The position numbers were made by a program, and so were the translations under genes. From Eledone cirrhosa (Eukaryota), in contig OZ024740.1 of assembly GCA_964016885.1 (NCBI GenBank), positions 298,902,001-298,966,000 on the forward strand: DNA of 64,000 nt. The letters run 5' to 3'. Under the pieces are notes generated by a model that was given only the letters and a program-made list of their open reading frames with translations, was not told the origin of the DNA and did not search any database. Shown here in pieces: positions 59,601 through 64,000 of this stretch. How positions within the stretch are numbered: the stretch's first letter is position 1; the number at the start of each line of letters is the position of its first letter.

Positions 59601-60704
59601 ATTGTTGGGCATATCGATTAGTCTCTTCTGCCACAACTTTGAAGAAAGTTTGTGGCAAAAACTAAAACAAATAATCCAGTGCTTCAGCATCAGGAGCTAA
59701 TGTGTGTTGTGGACAAGTATTTTGAATAAAATCGGGAACATGTATAGGTGTGGTATTTTTCCACCACGTTGCTGTAATATTTTCAATGACATCCTGGAGA
59801 TCTCCTTTGCTTTCACTTTCAAAACAACAATCATCATCGAATGAAATTTCAGAAATATACACTGATTCATTTGATGATAAATCACTAATACTATCTTTTG
59901 TTTCTTGTTTATTGTGAATGTCATTGTGTGTAATAAACCTTCAAGGTCGATATCGCTACTTTCACAAAAAAAATTGTATGTAAATTTACACTTAATATAG
60001 TGAAACAACTTGAAACAACACATGTTGTTTCAAGTTGTTTCACTATATTAAGTGTTAATTTTCACAGTAAAAGAGTAATCTCGCAGTAATCTCGAATTGA
60101 CAAGATTTTGATGATGGTATTGCTTACTTTTAGAACTATATTTTAGTGTGGGTGTTGTGGGCTGGTTTTGGCCGGTTTGAACAAATAAAGGGGAAATAAT
60201 TTCCCTGAAATTATTTCCCCTTAATAATAGCGTTTTGAACACTAAAGGGTTAAGGCCACAAGTTCCCCATCTCTCACGTAGACCATCTCTCTGGATGTCG
60301 TAAGAAGTGACGTGAAGGGTTGGCATCAAGAAAGGCATCTGGTTGTAAGACATTGCCACAAAAGTCCCATCCACTCTGTTCTAGTATGAGAAGAAAACAT
60401 AAAAATGACAATGGTGATGATAAACCTATAATTCATACACACATATAAGGCATATAATCATCATTATCTTCATTTTTACATTGACTTTTTATGTTGGACT
60501 GGAATTTTTAAGGCAGCATTTTACAGCTGGATGCCTTCCCTGACACTAAAGCTTTTAGTTACTTCTTACGACACTCAAGTATATGGTGCACCTACTATAA
60601 ATTGAATACACACAGCCAGTACACACGCATGCGTGCATGCACACACACATATATATATATGTTTTCAATGACATCCTGGAGATCTCCTTTGCTTTCACTA
60701 CAGA

Positions 60705-61052
60705 TGGAGGCACATGGCTTAGTGGTTAGAGCATTGGCCTTGCAATCGAAAGGTTGTGAGTTCAATTCTCAGACCGGGTGATGTGTTGTTTCCTTGAGCA
60801 TGACACTTTATTTCACATTGCTCCAGTTTACTCAGCTGTAGAAATGAGATGATAGGGACAGGGGTCCCTATCATTCCACTGCAAAGTGGTCGTGGAGATG
60901 CCACGCCAAAAATGCACCCAGCACTTACTGTAAATGAGGTTGGTGTTAGGAAGGGCATCCAGCTGTAGAAATTAAGCCAGCATCAGTTCCCGTCCCACCC
61001 TTGCAAGCAGGGAAAAAGCGGACGTAAAATGAAATGATGATGATGATGATGA
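60705..61052 (+). mobile_element. Full-length family B SINE: tRNA-like head, core, RTE-derived tail
   Basis: Head tggcttagtggttaga...gagttcaattc. The 3' end tcccacccttgcaagcagggaaaa(a)gcggacgtaaaatga matches the RTE end at 54163-54213. Confidence 0.85.
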
Positions 61053-61479
61053 TATATGTGTGCATTAAATGTCTTTGTGGCTAAAGATGATTGTATGTGT
61101 ATATATATATTTGCATACACACACATACACTTGTAATGCTTAGACATATATGAATTATATTTCATAAACACAACACATAAATAGTATATTTATGTATTTG
61201 TATGTGCAAAAGAGAGAAAGAAACAAAAGAGGATCCTTCTTTTTCACCATATTTTGTAAATAGATAAGTGTTCTTAGAACCTACATCAAAGAATAATGTA
61301 AATGATTTTATCAGGAAATAATACTCTGTGTATTTTGGGACTCAGTTCAAAGAGAACAGAAGAATTTTATTTTGGGAATTGATATATACATACACACACA
61401 CACATATATATATATACATACACACACATATATATACATACACACACATATATATATGTACACATACATACTCACACAT

Positions 61480-61511
<32 letters not shown>

Positions 61512-61837
61512 CACGTGTGAATTCATAATTCATTCATCTTTTTGTGCTAAGTTATTTCTACAAGGAGAAAAGGTGTGTTCAAAGGTGAAAAGATTTGGCT
61601 AAGAGTAATACAACTTTTTGAAATGTTTGCATCTCTCCTCTTACTCTCTCTCTCACACACACACTCTTTCTCTCACACACACACTCTTTCTCTCACGTTC
61701 TCCTTCCTTCTGACTGTCTTTTCAGTACAAACTTACTTTCCTATTTTGCTTATTATGTATCTTAATACTTTCTTTGTCTTTTATATATGTCTCAAGAACT
61801 ATTTTACCCAACTCATGCATTTTGTTTTGATCTGCAG

Positions 61838-61993
61838 GTGAACCATCCAAGTGTACTTGGAATGGAAGTTGGTCAGGAAATAGCTGTGAAATACTTTGGA
61901 CGTGATCCTGCTACTGGCCAAATACGATTATCGAGAAAAGTTCTCTACTCACCAGCCACATTTGTTATCAAAGATCTAGGTCCAAAACAGTGA
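61838..61993 (+). CDS. PNPT1: PNPT1 terminal coding exon: [51 protein letters not shown]
   Basis: tctgcAG acceptor. The [29 protein letters not shown] motif is the metazoan mitochondrial PNPase C-terminus. Stop TGA at 61991-61993. Confidence 0.95.
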   Translation: MNHPSVLGMEVGQEIAVKYFGRDPATGQIRLSRKVLYSPATFVIKDLGPKQ

Positions 61994-62059
61994 TTTTAGT
62001 AGTATTGTTATAATTCTGGTTCAGTATCATCATCATCATCTTCATTGTTATTATTATTA

Positions 62060-62600
62060 TTAGTATTCAAATCCTGCCGAGGTTAACTTTGCCTTTCATC
62101 CTTACAGGGTCAATAAAATAAAGTACCAGTCACACACTGCGGTCAATTTAAGCAACTTTCCTTTCCCCCCAAATTTCTGGCCTTGTGCCTATAAGTAGAA
62201 ATCATTGCCGAGGTTAACTTTGCCTTTCATCCGTACAGGGTCGATAAAATAAAGTACCAGTAATGCACTGGGTAATTGCTGGCCTTGTGCCAAAAGTAGA
62301 AACAATTATTATAAGGGCAGTAGATTAGCAGTATCGGTAGACCATTGGACAAAATGCTTTACAGCATAGAGATACAGCCCTTTATGTTCTGAGTTCTAAT
62401 CTTGCCAAGGTGAGCTTTGCATTTCATCCTTATAGGGTCGATAATATAATGTATCAGTCATGCACTGTAGTCGATTTAAGTAACTTTCCCCTCCTCTAAA
62501 ATTGCTGACGTTGTGCCTAAATCAGAAACCTTTATTATTATTATAGGGTAGTAGATTGTCAGAATTGTTAGCTTGTTAGCAGCATTTAGTTACAGCCCTT
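62060..62600 (+). mobile_element. Cluster of family A SINE fragments in the PNPT1 3' UTR region
   Basis: The gaggttaactttgcctttcatcc core occurs three times within 600 bp of the stop codon. Confidence 0.75.
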
Positions 62601-64000
62601 TCCATTTTTATTTGAAATCCTACTGAAATCAACTTTTCCTTTTATCTTCCGGATGTCCATAAAGTACCAGGCAGGTTCTGGAGTCAATATAATTGATTTT
62701 CCCTTCCCCCAAATGAATGAAAGACCACAGGATACAAAAGGGTTGAAATGATTTATACCAATAAGAAGTTGACAGGAGCATGGCCAAGAAAGAAAGTGTC
62801 TGATATCAATGCATTCAACTTTGTCTACTGTATTTTTTTTTTTTTTTTTTTCCAAAGCCACCAGACAGAGAAAAATGTCTGCCCATTCTGATTAAAAGAA
62901 GTTGGCATAGCAATCGATTTAGCTAATACTGTTTGATATATCTCTGCAAGTTACCAATATTTGAACAGTCAACAAGTACTTGCTGAACAGTTTTGTCACC
63001 TAGTGTTATTAATAATCTTCATTGTCTATTGCCAACTCTACCTTAATAAAAAAAGATTTATGTTCAAATATGTACCAGCTATCATCATCCCATCTTTTTT
63101 AAATGTAGTTTAACTGGGTTTTATTGTCCAATGTGTCCCTTTATTAAGATAGAAGCCTGTGTATTTCAAATGAAATTTGGCTACTATTTCTAGCTTGTCA
63201 AGCAAACATGTAGATGCTCTCTCATTGGCCTGTACAAATATTGATTTCTAACATAACTAGACAACCACAAATTGTGAGAGAGGGAATGTAGCCAATTAAA
63301 TTGACCCACTATTATTTCATGAATAATATTAATAATGAATTCTTTCCCAAGGCCACAAATTTGTTTGGACAGGTAATATAGTTGATTGATTTTTCTTCTA
63401 TATATTACTGGTATTTATTTTATAGGTGCAGGCATGGCTGTGTATTAAGAAATTCACATCACAATCACATAGTTTTGGGTTCAGTATGACCAAAGCCTTG
63501 TAAGAGAATTTCAAAGATGGAAATAGTAAGAAATCTGTTGTGGGTATATATAAATGTGTAAATGTAGTTGGTGTTAGGAAGGGCATCTAGCTGTAAAAGA
63601 CCTGCCAGAGACACTTCCTGCATCAAATGGAACAAAACTGGAACAAATCCATGCTAGCATAGAAGATGGACGTTAAACGACGATGATGATATATATATAT
63701 TGAGGTTAAATAGTGAGTCTTGTTACTCTGGAGTTTCACTTGTTTTGAATACTCTTTTCTCTCAGCTGTCAACCACATACGGATATATATATATATAGGG
63801 AGAGAGAAAGAGGGAGAGATATAGATAGATGGATAATAGACAAAGACATCATAAAAAGACAGGAGTAAATGGTTAAAACAGAATTCAAAGAAAAAAAAAA
63901 AGAAAAAAAGAAGAAATCATATTGTTAACAAAATATGTGCATATTTATATGAACAATGTGTCAGCAGTGGAAATATGATTGTCTAAGAGAAGGAGTATGG

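Noticed and set aside
60705-60780. tRNA gene
   Set aside because: A/B-box-like head without a full cloverleaf, continuing directly into a SINE core and tail.

Overview
AT-rich, microsatellite-dense eukaryotic DNA whose repeat content suggests an octopus or other coleoid cephalopod (inference). The only host coding sequence I can support is the last three exons of PNPT1 (mitochondrial PNPase, S1 domain) on the + strand: 48801-48856, 56568-56646 and 61838-61993. Everything upstream is probably one very large intron filled with mobile DNA: Penelope-like elements (RT + GIY-YIG), RTE LINEs and their tRNA-derived SINE partners, Helitrons, Tc1/pogo and TTAA-type DNA elements, and CRE- and R4/Dong-like relics. 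The most striking signal is RNA structure. About a dozen type I hammerhead ribozyme motifs with palindromic helix III occur in Penelope 3' ends, in 'hairpin + tail' mini-elements inserted in (TA)n, and in a near-perfect 591-bp tandem array (14517-16789). Each unit of that array carries one U3-A8 variant hammerhead, making it a candidate retrozyme or circular-RNA generator. Separately, the RTE/SINE 3' tails are built from tandem hairpin + H-type pseudoknot modules that show covariation and variable copy number. All structures were read by eye; no activity or database search was tested.
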